Shown one piece after another: positions 18,042 to 40,384 of a stretch of DNA of 64,000 nt. A program made the position numbers and the translations under genes. The stretch comes from the human T2T-CHM13v2.0 reference genome, Homo sapiens. The stretch lies in the NCBI RefSeq assembly GCF_009914755.1, contig NC_060935.1; one strand, given 5' to 3'. The notes below the pieces were generated by a model, which saw only the letters and a program-made list of their open reading frames with translations, had not been told where the DNA came from and did not search any database. Positions within the stretch are counted from its first letter, which is position 1. Each line of letters opens with the position of its first letter.

Positions 18042-19001
18042 TGTAGGGGTGGGTTGCCCCTACACACCTGTGGGTGTTTCTCGTAAGGTGGGACGAGAGA
18101 TTTGGAAAAGAAAAAGACACAGAGACAAAGTATAGAGAAAGAAATAAGGGGACCCGGGGAACCAGCGTTCAGCATATGGAGGATCCCGCCAGCCTCTGAG
18201 TTCCCTTAGTATTTATTGATCATCTGTGGGTGTTTCTCGAAGAGGGGGATGTGTCAGGGTCACAAGACAATTGTGGGAAGAGGGTCAGCAGACAAACACG
18301 TGAACAAAGGTCTTTGCATCATAGACAATGTAAAGGATTAAGTGCTGTGCTTTTAGATATGCATACACATAAACATCTCAATGCTTTACAAAGCAGTATT
18401 GCTGCCCGCAGGTCCCACCTCCAGCCCTAAGGCGGTTTTTCCCTATCTCAGTAGATGGAGCATACAATCGGGTTTTATACCGAGACATTCCATTGCCCAG
18501 GGACAGGCAGGAGACAGATGCCTTCCTCTTGTCTCAACTGCAAGAGGCATTCCTTCCTCTTTTACTAATCCTCCTCAGCACAGACCCTTTACGGGTGTCG
18601 GGCTGGGGGACGGTCAGGTCTTTCCCTTCCCACGAGGCCATATTTCAGACTATCACATGGGGAGAAACCTTGGACAATACCTGGCTTTCCTAGGCAGAGG
18701 TCCCTGCGGCCTTCCGCAGTTTTTGTGTCCCTGGGTACTTGAGATTAGGGAGTGGTGATGAGTCTTAACGAGCATGCTGCCTTCAAGCATCTGTTTAACA
18801 AAGCACATCTTGCACCGCCCTTAATCCATTCAACTCTGAGTTGACACAGCACATGTTTCAGAGAGCACGGGGTTGGGGGTAAGGTCACAGAATCTCAAGG
18901 CAGAAGAATTTTTCTTAGTACATAACAAAATGGAGTCTCCTATGTCTACTTCTTTCTACACAGACACAGTAACAATCTGATCTCTCTTGCTTTTCCCCAC
19001 A
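18042..19001 (-). mobile_element. HERV-K(HML-2) LTR5_Hs solo LTR, 960 bp
   Basis: Minus strand TGTGGGGAAAAGCAAGAGAGATCAG...CAACCCACCCCTACA; perfect 6-bp TSD CTAATT (18036-18041, 19002-19007); inserted into an older ERV1 LTR remnant (~17495-19025). Confidence 0.96.
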
Positions 19002-19757
19002 CTAATTGGTTTTATAAAGTTTATAGGGACGGTTGTAGGGTGGTTGCAGAAAGCTTCCTGGGGGAGGTGACGTCCAAAGGGCTCCTAGGAGGACTAGGGC
19101 CAAGTTGGGAGGAAGACAGATCCTCTGGTGCAGATCCAGCTTGTATGGGCAAAGCCAAAGGAGCTGGAACTGGGGAGGTTGACAGGTGGCAGCACAAAGG
19201 ACCTTGAATGCCAGGCCAAAGGGTCTTGAGCTTTGTTCTGAGGGCAGTGGGGAACCACAAAAACTCTCAGGCAGGAAAGGGGCAAAACGGGTCTGAGATT
19301 TATAATAATCCCACTGTTCCATGTTTGCAGAGAAGGGGCTGGAGGAGCCAAGATGTGAGGGTGGGAGGCCCCAAGGATACATTGTTAATTTCAGGTGAGA
19401 GATGACAGGGCCACAGCCATCTATCACTGTGCAGGGAATGTTTGGAAGGTAAAGTTGACCAGATAGACACAGTGGATGTGGGGCCAGTGGGACAGGGAGG
19501 AGCCCTTGATACCTCTTGGCTTGTGGCCTGGAGGCTGGCTGGGGAGGCTGATATACAGAGTGACACAGGATGGGATGGGTGCTGAGGAGGTGAGAGCCAG
19601 GACCTGAGATGCTGCAGAGAAGGCTCCTGGGAGATGACATCAGAGTGGATCTCCTTCTTCGCTTGAGAAGCCTGGCAAGTAGGTGCTCCAGTGGGTGGGG
19701 ACCAGTGGGGGATTTGTTGTTAGGAGACCTCAGGCCGAGTTCTGGCAGTTGTGTCAT
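19002..19757 (-). CDS. C11orf72: C11orf72 / NDUFV1 divergent transcript ORF (251 aa, MTQLPELGLRSPNNK...KLYKTN); coding status doubtful, largely L2-derived
   Basis: Single-exon ORF from ATG 19755-19757 to TAG 19002-19004; matches the C11orf72 sequence as I recall it; head-to-head with NDUFV1. Confidence 0.6.
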   Translation of the reverse strand: MTQLPELGLRSPNNKSPTGPHPLEHLLARLLKRRRRSTLMSSPRSLLCSISGPGSHLLSTHPILCHSVYQPPQPASRPQAKRYQGLLPVPLAPHPLCLSGQLYLPNIPCTVIDGCGPVISHLKLTMYPWGLPPSHLGSSSPFSANMEQWDYYKSQTRFAPFLPESFCGSPLPSEQSSRPFGLAFKVLCAATCQPPQFQLLWLCPYKLDLHQRICLPPNLALVLLGALWTSPPPGSFLQPPYNRPYKLYKTN

Positions 19758-21339
19758 CCTGGGCAGGCCACTCAGCAATGCTGATACCCTGCTTCTGAAA
19801 ACAGGGCTCATCATTCCTGAGGCTGGAGTTTTGGAGGATTAAGGAGGTAACACATGGCAAGTGCTTGGCCCAGAGCCTGGCACTGAATGAACAGAGGATC
19901 CTTCCCTCACTCTCCGTTTTCCATCCCCCCTCATGCCCAGCATCTCCTGTCCCCAGCATCCCCAACCTGCATCTCCCTCAGCCTGTATTCCTTTGACCCA
20001 GTTAGAGACAGATGAGGAAGGAATCCACCCGCTGGGCTGGCTCTGACCTGCCCCCCTTCTTCTGCCCCAAAGGGAGGGATCCGAGGACTCAGGTCTGAGC
20101 CCGGATTAGCTGTGTAATCCCCAGCTTTGCCTAGGCAACCTCTTTCCCTGACCAAGAGAGGGGGCCTGCGGCTGGCAGCCAGGACTCCTGGGCTCTGGGC
20201 CTGATACTACTCTATCTGTCTGGGAAACCTCAGACAGGGAAGAGATTTCTTGGTGCCTCTCTTGGGAATGTCACTGACGTCCACAGTGACTGTCACATGC
20301 GTGTCAGTTGTTCTGTGGGTTTGCTGTGTGCGGGGCACTGTGGAAAGGAAGAAAGGCCTAGATTCCAGTCCAGCTCCACCACTCAGCAGCTTCATGCCCA
20401 CAGACAAAGGACAAAATCCCCCTGAGCCTCAGTTTTTTCGTGGACAAAATGGAGTGAACACCTTGTGGGGCTGCTGTGGGGTATGTGAGAAAATAGCTGC
20501 AAAGGAGTTTTGTAAACAGCACGTTTTAGAGAGATCAGGAAGGATGATTACAGCACAAAAGAACAGAGATGGTTCCTCACCATGAGGACTGGAAAAGAGC
20601 TGGGGAGAGCAGGCCAAAAAGGTCACTCTTATCACGAGGACCACAGCAGAGGGTTCCAGGAAACTGAAAAAGACGAGTTCATCAGGCTTCCAAGACCTCC
20701 TGGGAAGGCAAAGGACAGAGGGACCTCCTCAGGTCAGGGGAAAACCGAGGGAGGGGGACAGCCACACAAACGCCCTAAAGTCTAATGACGGCAGAAAGGG
20801 GTCTTGGGGGACGGGGGTGGGGTTCACAGCAGTGGCCTGGGCGTGATGACCCTGGCGAAGGACGGGGTCGCAGAGCCCTTAAATCCTGGACCAGTGGCTG
20901 ATTCCAAAAGCAGCAGGGACCATGCCAGGATTTTGGGCAGAAGCAGAAAGTGCTGGACTCTCCTGACAAGAGCTGAGAGAACTCAGCGGCGCCAGCAAGA
21001 GTTTGTGCCGTGCACTGACCATCTGCATCCTCTCTGCCTCACCCCAGCCTAGGATTCCGTGACAGGCCCTCTGGGAAGAACTCCGCGAACAACCCCCTGC
21101 CTTGGAGTCTGCAATCCTTCCTCGAGCACACGGACGCCCGGGGTGGGGAAGCCCACAGTCTGGCAGGGCTCGCACTGGGCAGAATAATTGCAACGTAGTC
21201 ATGAGGATCGGGCTATGACCTGCCTGACTTTTCACTCCTCCCATGATACACCGATGCATACCGCAGGTGCACACTAAACGCCGAATCTATAGAAAGTGGA
21301 ACACACCAGGACCCAGCAGAAGGCGACATGCGAGGTTTG

Positions 21340-27371
<6,032 letters not shown>

Positions 27372-27525
27372 TGATTTGGGGTGGGGTGAATGTGAAAGCG
27401 GGGAGAGAGGAAACACCTCTCTGACTTGGGGCTGGGCATGAGGGTAAGGCAGCCCCAGCCGCCATCATTTTTGTGGGGACGTTTCAGGCAGCTGTAGTGG
27501 AGGGGCGGCAGGCAGGGCCCATGGG

Positions 27526-30943
<3,418 letters not shown>

Positions 30944-31889
30944 GGGGACCCAGACGGGGGGCGGTGGGCGGAGACTCAGAGAAATGCCTGAGGACTGGGG
31001 CTGGCGGGAACGCACCCGGCCTCGGAAATGGGGTGAAGAAGCATCGCTGATACCATGCAGGGACCTGAGGACAGAGCGCAGGGTTGAGGGAGGGGCTGGG
31101 GGAGTCCTCAGCCTGGAGGGTTGTGGCAGGCTTTGGAGGGGACTGGGTGTGTTGGGAGTCAGTCCAGCTCCCGGCCCTTACCGCTCTGGGAGCTACTTCA
31201 CCCAGTGTGAGTTGCTGCTGCTGGCAGTGGGTACGCACTCATGAGGGCAGAGCCCGTGACTGCTGTGTCCCCAGTGAGTGAGGGTGACCCAGAGCTCAGA
31301 ACCCTCTCAGAGCTCCTTCCTAGCGCTGGGGCTCAGCTTCCCTCCTCCCTCTGCCCCCTTCACACTTTGTCAAAGGGAGTTATTTTTGCCACCATCATGT
31401 GGCCCTGCTCCCAGGTGAGGAGGCTGGTGGGCCGGAGGTGACAGAGGGCTGTGGAGGTGATAAGTGGTTTGTGGGAAGGAGGGAGCGCATAGGAGGAGGG
31501 GAGGGGGTGCATGGGAAGGTGGGAGGGGAGGGAGGTCTGGGGAGGAGAGGAGGGGAGCCACAGGAGGGGGCTCCTGTGATGGAGCCCTGTGGGGGTGGCC
31601 AGTTTACACTCTGAAACATGAACCAGATCATCCCGCCTCCACCCCTGCTTGGAATAAAATCTGAATCCTTTGGTGAGGCACGGCCCCTTTTCACCTCACC
31701 AAGGAGTGTCCCCTTGGCATCTCACAGTAACGGCCTGCTCCCCTCCCAAACTGGGCCACCCTCCCTGCCCTTTGACCTGACCACTCCTACTCACCTTTGG
31801 TTTCTGGGTCACCCCCTGCAGGGGATCTTGGCTGGTTTTAACCATCCAGCATTCCCTCTCCTCTCTTCTCCCCAGTTATTCTTTTAATT

Positions 31890-33430
31890 TTTAATCAACA
31901 TAACCGTAGGTGTGTATGGGGTACAATATGGTGTTCTGATGTGATATGTGTAGAAATGCAATTTCTACAATATGCATTGTAGAAAGAGTCAGTCAGGCTA
32001 ATGAAAAAAAGAACACTTAAAATGTGCTCTTCAGGCAACTGTGAAATACACAAGGCGCTATTGTTAGGGATGTTTGTCATGCTGTGCAACAGGGCCTTCA
32101 GCTTACTCTTCCTGACTGGAACTTTGTACCCTAAGAGCAATGTCTCCCCTCTCCCCATCCCTAGTCCCCCACTCTCCAGCCCCTGGTGACCACCATTCTC
32201 TCTGCTTCTAGGAGTTCAACTTTTTCAGATTCCCCATAAAAATCAGACCGTATAGTATTTGTCTTTCTGTGCCTAGCTTATTTCACTTAGCATATCGTCC
32301 TCCAGGTTCATCCATGTTGTCACAAATGATAGAATGTCCATCTTTGTTAAGGCTGAACAGTATAGACAGACCATCCTATCCATCCGTCTGATGCTGGGCA
32401 GTCAGGTTGCTGCCGTGTCTTAGCTGTTGTGAATGGCACTGCAGTGAACACGGAGGCAGACACCTCTTCAGCATGTTGACTTCAATTCCTGTGGATACTA
32501 CCCACAAGTGAGGTTGCTGGATCACACGGTAGCTCTATTTTTAGTGTTCTAAGGGACTGCCATATGATTTTCCAAAATGGCTGTGCTCATTTACCTTCCC
32601 ACAAACAGCACATAAGGCTTCCCTTTCCTCCACATCCTCACGAGCATTTGTTGTCTCCCATGGTTTGGTAGTAGCTTTTCTAACAGGTGTGAGATGGTAT
32701 CTCATTGAGATTTTAACTTCTATTTCCTTCACGATTAGCGATGTTGAGCATTTTTTCATGTGTCTTTTGAGAAATGTATGTTCAGGTCCTTTGCCCATGT
32801 TTAAATGGGGATATTTGTTTCTTGAGTTCCTTGTTTCTTTTGGATATTAGCCCCCTTATCAGGTGTATGGTTTGCAAAGATTTTCTCCTATCCTGTAGTC
32901 TCTCTCTTCACTTTGTTGTTTCTTTTGCTGTGCAGAAGCTTTTTAGTCGGGTGCTATCCCATTTGTCTGTTTTTGCTTTTGATGCCTTTGCTTTTGGGGT
33001 CCTATCCAAGAAATCATTGCCCAGACCAATGTCTAGAACTTTCCCCATATGTTTCCTTCAAGTAGTGTTACCATTGCAGGTTTTTTTTTTTTTTTTTCCT
33101 TTAAGATAGGATCTCACTCTGTCGCCCAGGCTGGAGTGCAGTGGCACAATCTCAGTTCACTGCAGCCTCTGCCCCCTGGGCTCTAGCGATCTTCCCCCCT
33201 CAGCTTCTTGAGTAGTTGGGACTACAGCGTGCACCACCATGCCTGGCTAATTTTTTTGTATTTCTGTACAGATGGGGTTTCACTACATTGGCCAGGCCGG
33301 TCTTGAACTCCTGAAGTCACGGTGGCCCGCCTTGGCCAACCAAAGTGCTGGGATTACAGGCATGAGCCATGACGTCTGGCTCACTTCAGGTTTTTACAGG
33401 CCATTTTGAGTTGATTTTTGTCTAAAGTGG
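31890..33430 (-). mobile_element. Old L1 (L1MA-like) 3' end with an inserted Alu (-, 33081-33380)
   Basis: L1 ORF2 C-terminal remnant ([28 protein letters not shown] on -) and an L1MA-type 3' UTR. Confidence 0.82.
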
Positions 33431-33537
33431 GAACCTCAATTGTTCTTTGGGAACCACTGCTTCTCAGTCCAGGGAGTTCCCCCTCCTACCCAGGCAAGCA
33501 TCCCAGATTCTATCCATCAATGTACTGTAAATCCAAC

Positions 33538-35108
33538 TGAGAGGTGACAGCGTGCGGGCAGTCCTCATAGCCCTCGCTCGCTCGCTCTCGGCGCCTCCTC
33601 TGCCTGGGCTCCCACTTTGGCAGCACTTGAGGAGTGCTTCAGCCCACCGCTGCACTGTGGGAGCCCCTTTCTAGGCTGGCCAAGGCCGGAGCCGGCTCCC
33701 TCAGCTTGCAGGGAGGTGTGGAGGGAGAGGCGCCGGGAACCGGGGCTGCGCGTGGCGCTTGCGGGCCAGCTGGAGTTCCGGGTGGGCGTGGGCTTGGCGG
33801 GCCCCGCACTCGCCGCAGCCAGCCGGCCCTGCCGGCCCCGGGCAATGAGGGGCTTAGCACCCGGGCCAGCGGCTGTGGAGGGTGTACTGGGTCCCCCAGC
33901 AGTGCCAGCCCACCGGTGCTGCGCTTGATTTCTCGCCGGGCCTTAGCTGCCTTCCTGCGGGGCAGGGCTCAGGACCTGCAGCCCGCCATGCCTGAGCCTC
34001 CCACCCCCTCCGTGGGCTCCTGTGTGGCCCGAGCCTCCCCGATGAGCGCCGCCCCCTGCTCCATGGCGCCCAGTCCCATCGACCACCCAAGGGGTGAGGA
34101 GTGCGGGTGCATGGCGCGGGACTGGCAGGCAGCTCCATCTGCAGCACCGGTGCAGGATCCACTGGGTGAAGCCAGCTGAGCTCCTGAGTCTGGTGAGGAT
34201 ATGGGGAACCTTTGTGTCTAGCTCAGGGATTGTAAATACACCAATCAGCACCGTGTCTAGCTCAGGGTTTGTGAATGCACCAGTGGACAATCTGTATCTA
34301 GCTACTCTGGTGGGGCCTTGGAGAACCTTTATGTCTAGCTCAGGGATTGTAAATACACCAATCGGCACTCTGTATCTAACTCAAGGTTTGTAAATACACC
34401 AATCAGCACCCTGTGTCTAGCTCAGGGTTTGTGAATGCACCAACGGACACTCTGTATCTAGCTACCCTGGTGGGGACTTGGAGAACCGTTGTGTCGACAC
34501 TCTGTATCTAACTAATCTGGTGGGGACTTGGAGAACCTTTGTGTCTAGCTCAGGGATTGTAAACGCACCAATCAGCGCCCTGTCAAAACAAACCACTTGT
34601 CTCTACCAATCAGCAGGACGTGGGTGGGGCCAGATAAGAGAATAAAAGCAGGCTGCCCAAGCCAGCAGTGGCAACCCGCTTGGGTCCCCTTCCACACTGT
34701 GGAAGCTTTGTTCTTTCACTCTTTGCAATAAATCTTGCTACTGTTCACTCTTTGGGTCCACACTGCTTTTATGAGCTATAACACTCACCGCAAAGGTCTG
34801 CAGCTTCACTCCTGAAGCCAGCGAGACCACAAGCCCACTGGGAGGAACGAACAACTCCAGGCGCGCAATGAACAACTCCAGGCGCGCCGCCTTAAGAGCT
34901 GTAACACTCACCGCGAAGGTCTGCAGTTTCACTCCTAAGCCAGCGAGACCACGAACCCACCAGAAGGAAGAAACTCCAAACACATCTGAACATTAGAAGG
35001 AACAAACTCCAGATGCGCCACCTTAAGAGCTGTAACACTCACCGCGAGGGTCCACGGCTTCATTCTTGAAGTCAGTGAGAGACCAAGAACCCACCAATTC
35101 CGGACACA
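33538..35108 (+). mobile_element. 5' LTR12 (1571 bp) with GC-rich U3 and tandem CCAAT/GATA enhancer repeats
   Basis: tgagaggtgacagcgtg...aattccggacaca; repeated caccaatcagc and tgtatctagc units; cagataagagaataaaagc core promoter at ~34631. Confidence 0.95.
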
Positions 35109-35111
35109 TTT

Positions 35112-35129
35112 TGGCGACCATGAAGGGAC
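35112..35129 (+). other. Primer binding site (tRNA-Arg)
   Basis: tggcgaccatgaagggac 3 nt after the 5' LTR; ERV9 uses tRNA-Arg. Confidence 0.85.
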
Positions 35130-36443
35130 TTTCGCCTATTGCCAAGCGGTGAGACAATCGCTGAGCAGTGAGACCATCACCTATTGCCGAGCGGTGAGAC
35201 CATTGCCTATCGCCAAGCAGTGAGTACCATTGGACCCCTTTCGCTTGCTATTCTGTCCTATCTTTCCTTAGAATTCGGGGGCTAAATACCAGGCACCTGT
35301 CGGCCAGTTAAAAGTGACTAGCGTGGCCGCTGGACTAAAGACATGGGTGTCAGACTTTCTGGGAAAGAGCTCTCTAACAACCCCCGACTCTTCGGAGTTG
35401 GGACCGTTGGTTTGCCTAGAACCAGCTTCCGCTTTTCCTGTACTTCTGGGCTGAGCCGAGGGTCGACAGAGAGGAAGGCCATGCAGCTCTGGGGTCCTGA
35501 CAACATGTTGGTTGACCCCGCGGCCATGAGCAGAACTCTCAAAAGCATGTCGCCCAAGCGAGACCCGCCCATCTATCCTATCTATCCTGACCCTAGCCCC
35601 CTGGGTCCTAATGCCTGCCAGACAAACTTCCTCTTGCCTCCCTTCTCTGAGGTTAGACCCACTTCTAAAAATTGCTACCTGTCTCTGGTGCTTTTCTAGT
35701 TTCTCCGATAAGAATGATTTCTAGTATAAACTCCAGGACTCTGTTACCTTCTTTAGGCACCTGGGCTCACCAATCAGAAAGACATAATTTTTGCCCAAAG
35801 CCCCATCGTAGTGGGGACTACCTGGAATTTTAGGATCCCTCCTCACACTGACAGGCCTAACAAAAGCTATTCCTGAAGCTAGGATATGGGGAGCCTCAGA
35901 AATTGTATCCTTCCTATTCATATAAGTTAGGACAAAAGATGTCACTCTTCCAACCCTGGAGACCCCTTCCCTCCTTCAGGGTATGGCCCTCCACTTCATT
36001 TTTGGGGCATAACATCTTTATAGGACAGGGGTAAAGTCCCAATACTAACAGGAGAATGCTTAGAACTCTAACAGGTTTTTGAGAATGCGTCGGTAAGGGC
36101 CACTAAATCCGATTTTTCTCGGTCGGTCCTCCTTGTGGTCTAGGAGGACAGGCAAGGGTGCAGGTTTTCGAGAATGCGTCGGCAAGGACCACTAAATCCG
36201 ACCTTCCTCGGTCCTCCATGTGGTCTGGGAGGAAAACTAGTGTTTCTGCTGCCGCGTCGGTAAGCGCAACTATTCCGATCAGCAGGGTCCAGGGACCGTT
36301 GCGGGTTCTTGGGCAGGGGTTGTTTCTGCTGCTGCGTCAGCGAGCGCAACTATTCCGATCAACAGGGTCCAGGGACTGTTGCGGGTTCTTGGGCAGGGGG
36401 AGAAACAAAACAAACCAAAACCGTGGGTGGTTTTGTCTTTCAG

Positions 36444-37904
36444 ATGGGAAACACTCAGGCATCAACAGGCTCACCCTTGAAATGCATCCTAAGCCATTGG
36501 GACCAATTTGACCCACAAACCCTGAAAAAGAGGCGGCTCATTTTTTTCTGCACTGCGGCTTGGCCCCAATATTCTCTTTCTGATGGGGAAAAATGGCCAC
36601 CTGCGGGAAGTACAAATTACAATACCATCCTGCAGCTTGATCTTTTCTGTAAGAGGGAAGGCAAATGGAGTGAAATACCTTATGCCCAAGCTTTCTTTTC
36701 ATTGAGGGAGAATACACAACTATGCAAAGCTTGCCATTTACATTCCAAAGGAGGACCTCTCGGCTTACCCCCATATCCCAGCCTCCCTATAGCTCCCCTT
36801 CCTATTAATGATAATCCTCCTCTAATCTCCCCTGCCCAGAAGGAAATAAGCAAAGAGGTCTCCAAAGGACCACAAACCCCCCCGGGCTGTCAGTTGTGTC
36901 CCCTTCAAGTTGTAGGGGGAGGGGAATTTGGCCCAACCCGGGTACATGTCCCCTTCTCCCTCTCTGATTTAAAGCAGATCAAGGCAGACCTGGGGAAGTT
37001 TTCAGATGATCCTGATAGGTACATAGATGTCCTACAGGGTCTAGGGCAAACCTTTGACCTCACTTGGAGAGATGTCATGCTACTGTTAGATCAAACCCTG
37101 GCCTTTAATGAAAAGAATGCGGCTTTAGCTGCAGCCCGAGAGTTTGGAGATACCTGGTATCTTAGTCAAGTAAATGATAGAATGACAGCCGTAGAAAGGG
37201 ACAAATTCCCTACCGGTCAGCAAGCCATCCCCAGTATGGATCCCAACTGGGACCTTGACTCAGATCATGGGGACTGGAGTTGTAAACATCTGTTGACCTG
37301 TGTTCTAGAAGGACTAAGGAGAATTAGAAAAAAGCCCATGAATTATTCAGTGATGTCCACCATAACTCAGGGAAAGGAAGAAAATCCTTCTGCCTTCCTC
37401 GAGCGGCTATGAGAGGCCTTAAGAAAATATACTCCCCTGTCACCCAAATCATTTGAGGGTCAATTGATTCTAAAAGATAAGTTTATTACCCAATCAGCTG
37501 CAGATATCAGGAGAAAGCTCCAAAAGCAAGCCCTGGGCCCTGAACAAAATCTAGAGACATTATTAAACCTGGCAACCTCGGTGTTCTATAATAGGGACCA
37601 AGAGGAACAGGTCCAAAAGGAAAAGCGAGATCAGAGAAAGGCCGCAGCCTTAGTCATGGCCCTCAGACAAACAAACCTTGGTGGTTCAGAGAGGACAGAA
37701 CATGAAGCAGGCCAATCACCTGGTAAGGCTTGTTATCAGTGTGGTTTACTGGGACACTTTAAAAAAGATTGTCCAATGAGAAACAAGCTGCCCCCTCGTC
37801 CGTGTCCACTATGCTGAGGCAATCACTGGAAGGTGCACTGCCCCAGAGGATGAAGGTTCCCTGGGTCAGAAGCCCCCAGCCAGACGATCCAACAACAGGA
37901 CTGA
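36444..37904 (+). pseudogene. gag: HERV9 gag (open for 322 codons, then in-frame stops; zinc knuckle CYQCGLLGHFKKDC)
   Basis: [27 protein letters not shown]...; MHR-like [15 protein letters not shown]; TGA at 37410-37412, and the frame resumes afterwards. Confidence 0.9.
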
Positions 37905-40060
37905 GGGTGCCTGGGGCAAGCACCAGCTCATGTCATCACCCTCACTGAGCCCCGGGTATGTTTAACTATTGAGGGCCAGGAAATTGACTTCCTCCTGGAC
38001 ACTGGCGCGGCCTTCTCAGTGTTAATCTCCTGTCCTGGACGACTCTCCTCAAGGTCCATTACCATCCAAGGAATCCTGGGACAGCCTGTAACCAGGTATT
38101 TCTCCCACCTCCTCAGTTGTAATTGGGAGACTTTGCTCTTTTCACATGCCTTTCTTGTTATGCCTGAAAGTCCCACACCCTTATTAGGGAGGGATATATT
38201 AGCCAAGGCTGGAGCTATTATCTACATGAATATGGGGAACAAGTTACCCATTTGTTGTCCCCTACTTGAGGAGGGAATCAACCCTGAAGTCTGGGCATTG
38301 GAAGGACAATTTGGAAGGGCAAAAAATGCCCACCCAGTCCAAATCAGGTTAAAAGATCCCACCACTTTTCCTTATCAAAGGCAATATCCCTTAAGGCCTG
38401 AAGCTCATAAAGGATTACAGAATATTGTTAAACATTTGAAAGCTCAAGGCTTAGTAAGGAAATGCAGCAGTCCCTGCAACACCCCAATTCTGGAAGTACA
38501 AAGACCGAGACTAGTGCAAGATCTTAGACTCATTAATGAGGCAGTAATTTCACTATATCCAGTTGTACCCAAACCCTATACCCTGCTCTCTCAAATACCA
38601 GAGGAAGCAGAATGGTTCACAGTTCTGGACCTCAAGGATGCCTTCTTCTGTGTTCCCCTGCACTCTGATTCACAGTTCCTCTTTGCTTTTGAGGATCCCA
38701 CAAACCACACATCCCAACTTACATGGATGGTCTTGCCCCAAGGGTTTAGGGATAGCCCTCATCTGTTTGGTCAGGCCCTAGCCAAAGATCTAGGCCACTT
38801 CTCAAGTCCAGGCACTCTGGTCCTTCAATATGTGGATGATTTACTTTTGGCTACCAGTTAGGAAGCCTTGTGCCAGCAGGCTACTCTAGATCTCTTGAAC
38901 TTTCTAGCTAATCAAGGGTACAAGGTGTCTATGTCGAAGGCCCAGCTTTGCCTACAGCAGGTTAAATATCTAGGCCTAATCTTAGCCAAAGGGACCAGGG
39001 CCCTCAGCAAGGAATGAATACAGCCTATACTGGCTTATCCTCGCCCTAAGACATTAAAACAGTTGAGGGAGTTCCTTGGAATTACCAGCTTTTGCCGACT
39101 ATGGATCCCTGGATACAGTGAGACAGCCAGGCCCCTCTAATCAAGGAAACCCAGAGGGCAAATACTCATCTAGTTGAGTGGGAACCAGAGGCAGAAACAG
39201 CCTTCAAAACCTTAAAGCAGGCTCTAGTACAAGCTCCAGCTTTAAGCCTTCCCACAGGACAGAATTTCTCTTTATATGTCAGAGAGAGAGCCGGGATAGC
39301 TCTTGGAGTCCTCACTCAAACTCATGGGACAACCCCACAACCAGTGGCATACCTAAGTAAGGAAATTGATGTAGTAGCAAAAGGCTGGCCTCACTGTTTA
39401 AGGGTAGTTGCAGCAGTGGCCGTCTTAGCATCAGAGGCTATCAAAATAATACAAGGAAAGGATCTCACTGTCTAGACTACTTATGATGTAAATGGCATAC
39501 TAGGTGCCAAAGGAAGTTTATGGCTATCAGACAACTGCCTACTTAGATACCAGGCACTACTCCTTGAGGGACCAGTGCTTCAAATATGCACATGCATGGC
39601 CCTCAACCCTGCCACTTTTCTCCCAGAGGATGGGGAACCAATCAAGCATGACTGCCAACAAATTATAGTCCAGACTTATGCCGCCCGAGATGATCTCTTA
39701 GAAGTCCCCTTAACTAATCCTGACCTTAACCTATATACTGATGGAAGTTCATTTGTGGAGAATGGGATACGAAGGTTAGTGATGTAACCATACTTGAAAG
39801 CAAGCCTCTTCCCCCAGGGACCAGTGCCCAGTTAGCGGAACTAGTGGCACTTACCCGGGCCTTAGAACTGGGAAAGGGAAAAAGAATAAATGTGTATACA
39901 GATAGCAAGTATGCTTATCTAATCCTACATGCCCATGCTGCAATATGGAAAGAGAGGGAGTTCCTAACCTCTGTAGGAACCCCCATTAAATACCACAAGG
40001 AAATTATAGAGTTATTGCACGCAACGCAAAAACACAAAGAGGTGGGAATCTTACACTGAC
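37905..40060 (+). pseudogene. pol: HERV9 pro-pol remnant (protease, RT, RNase H; integrase missing)
   Basis: FLLDTGAAFSV, LDLKDAFF, LPQGFRDSP, QYVDDLLL, YTDGSS, VYTDSKYA; several stops and frameshifts. Confidence 0.9.
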
Positions 40061-40384
40061 AAAGCCATCAGAATAGGAAGGAGAGGGGAGAACAGCAGCA
40101 TAAGCAGCTGGCAGAGGCAGCAGAAAGGAAAGAAAGAGACAGGAAGTCAAAGAAAGAGACAGAGAGGAAGAGACAAGAAGTTAGAGAGAAAGAGGGACAG
40201 ACACAGAAAGTCAAAGAGAGGGTAAAAAAGAGAGGAAGAGACAAAGAAGAAGTCAAAGAGAGAGATGGAAGTAGTAAAGAAAAAACAGTGTACCTATTCC
40301 TTTAAAAGCCAGGGTAAATTTCTCTCTACCCAGCCAAGGCATATTCTCTTATGTGGATCTTCAACCCATATCTGCCTCTCAAAG

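Noticed and set aside
34210-35060. CRISPR-like repeat arrays
   Set aside because: They are the standard tandem U3/U5 repeats of LTR12, with no unique spacers and no cas genes, in a eukaryotic context.
38019-38861. 280-aa ORF as an active reverse transcriptase
   Set aside because: A stop follows YVDD closely, the N-terminal RT region appears deleted, and integrase and env SU are missing, so the provirus is defective.
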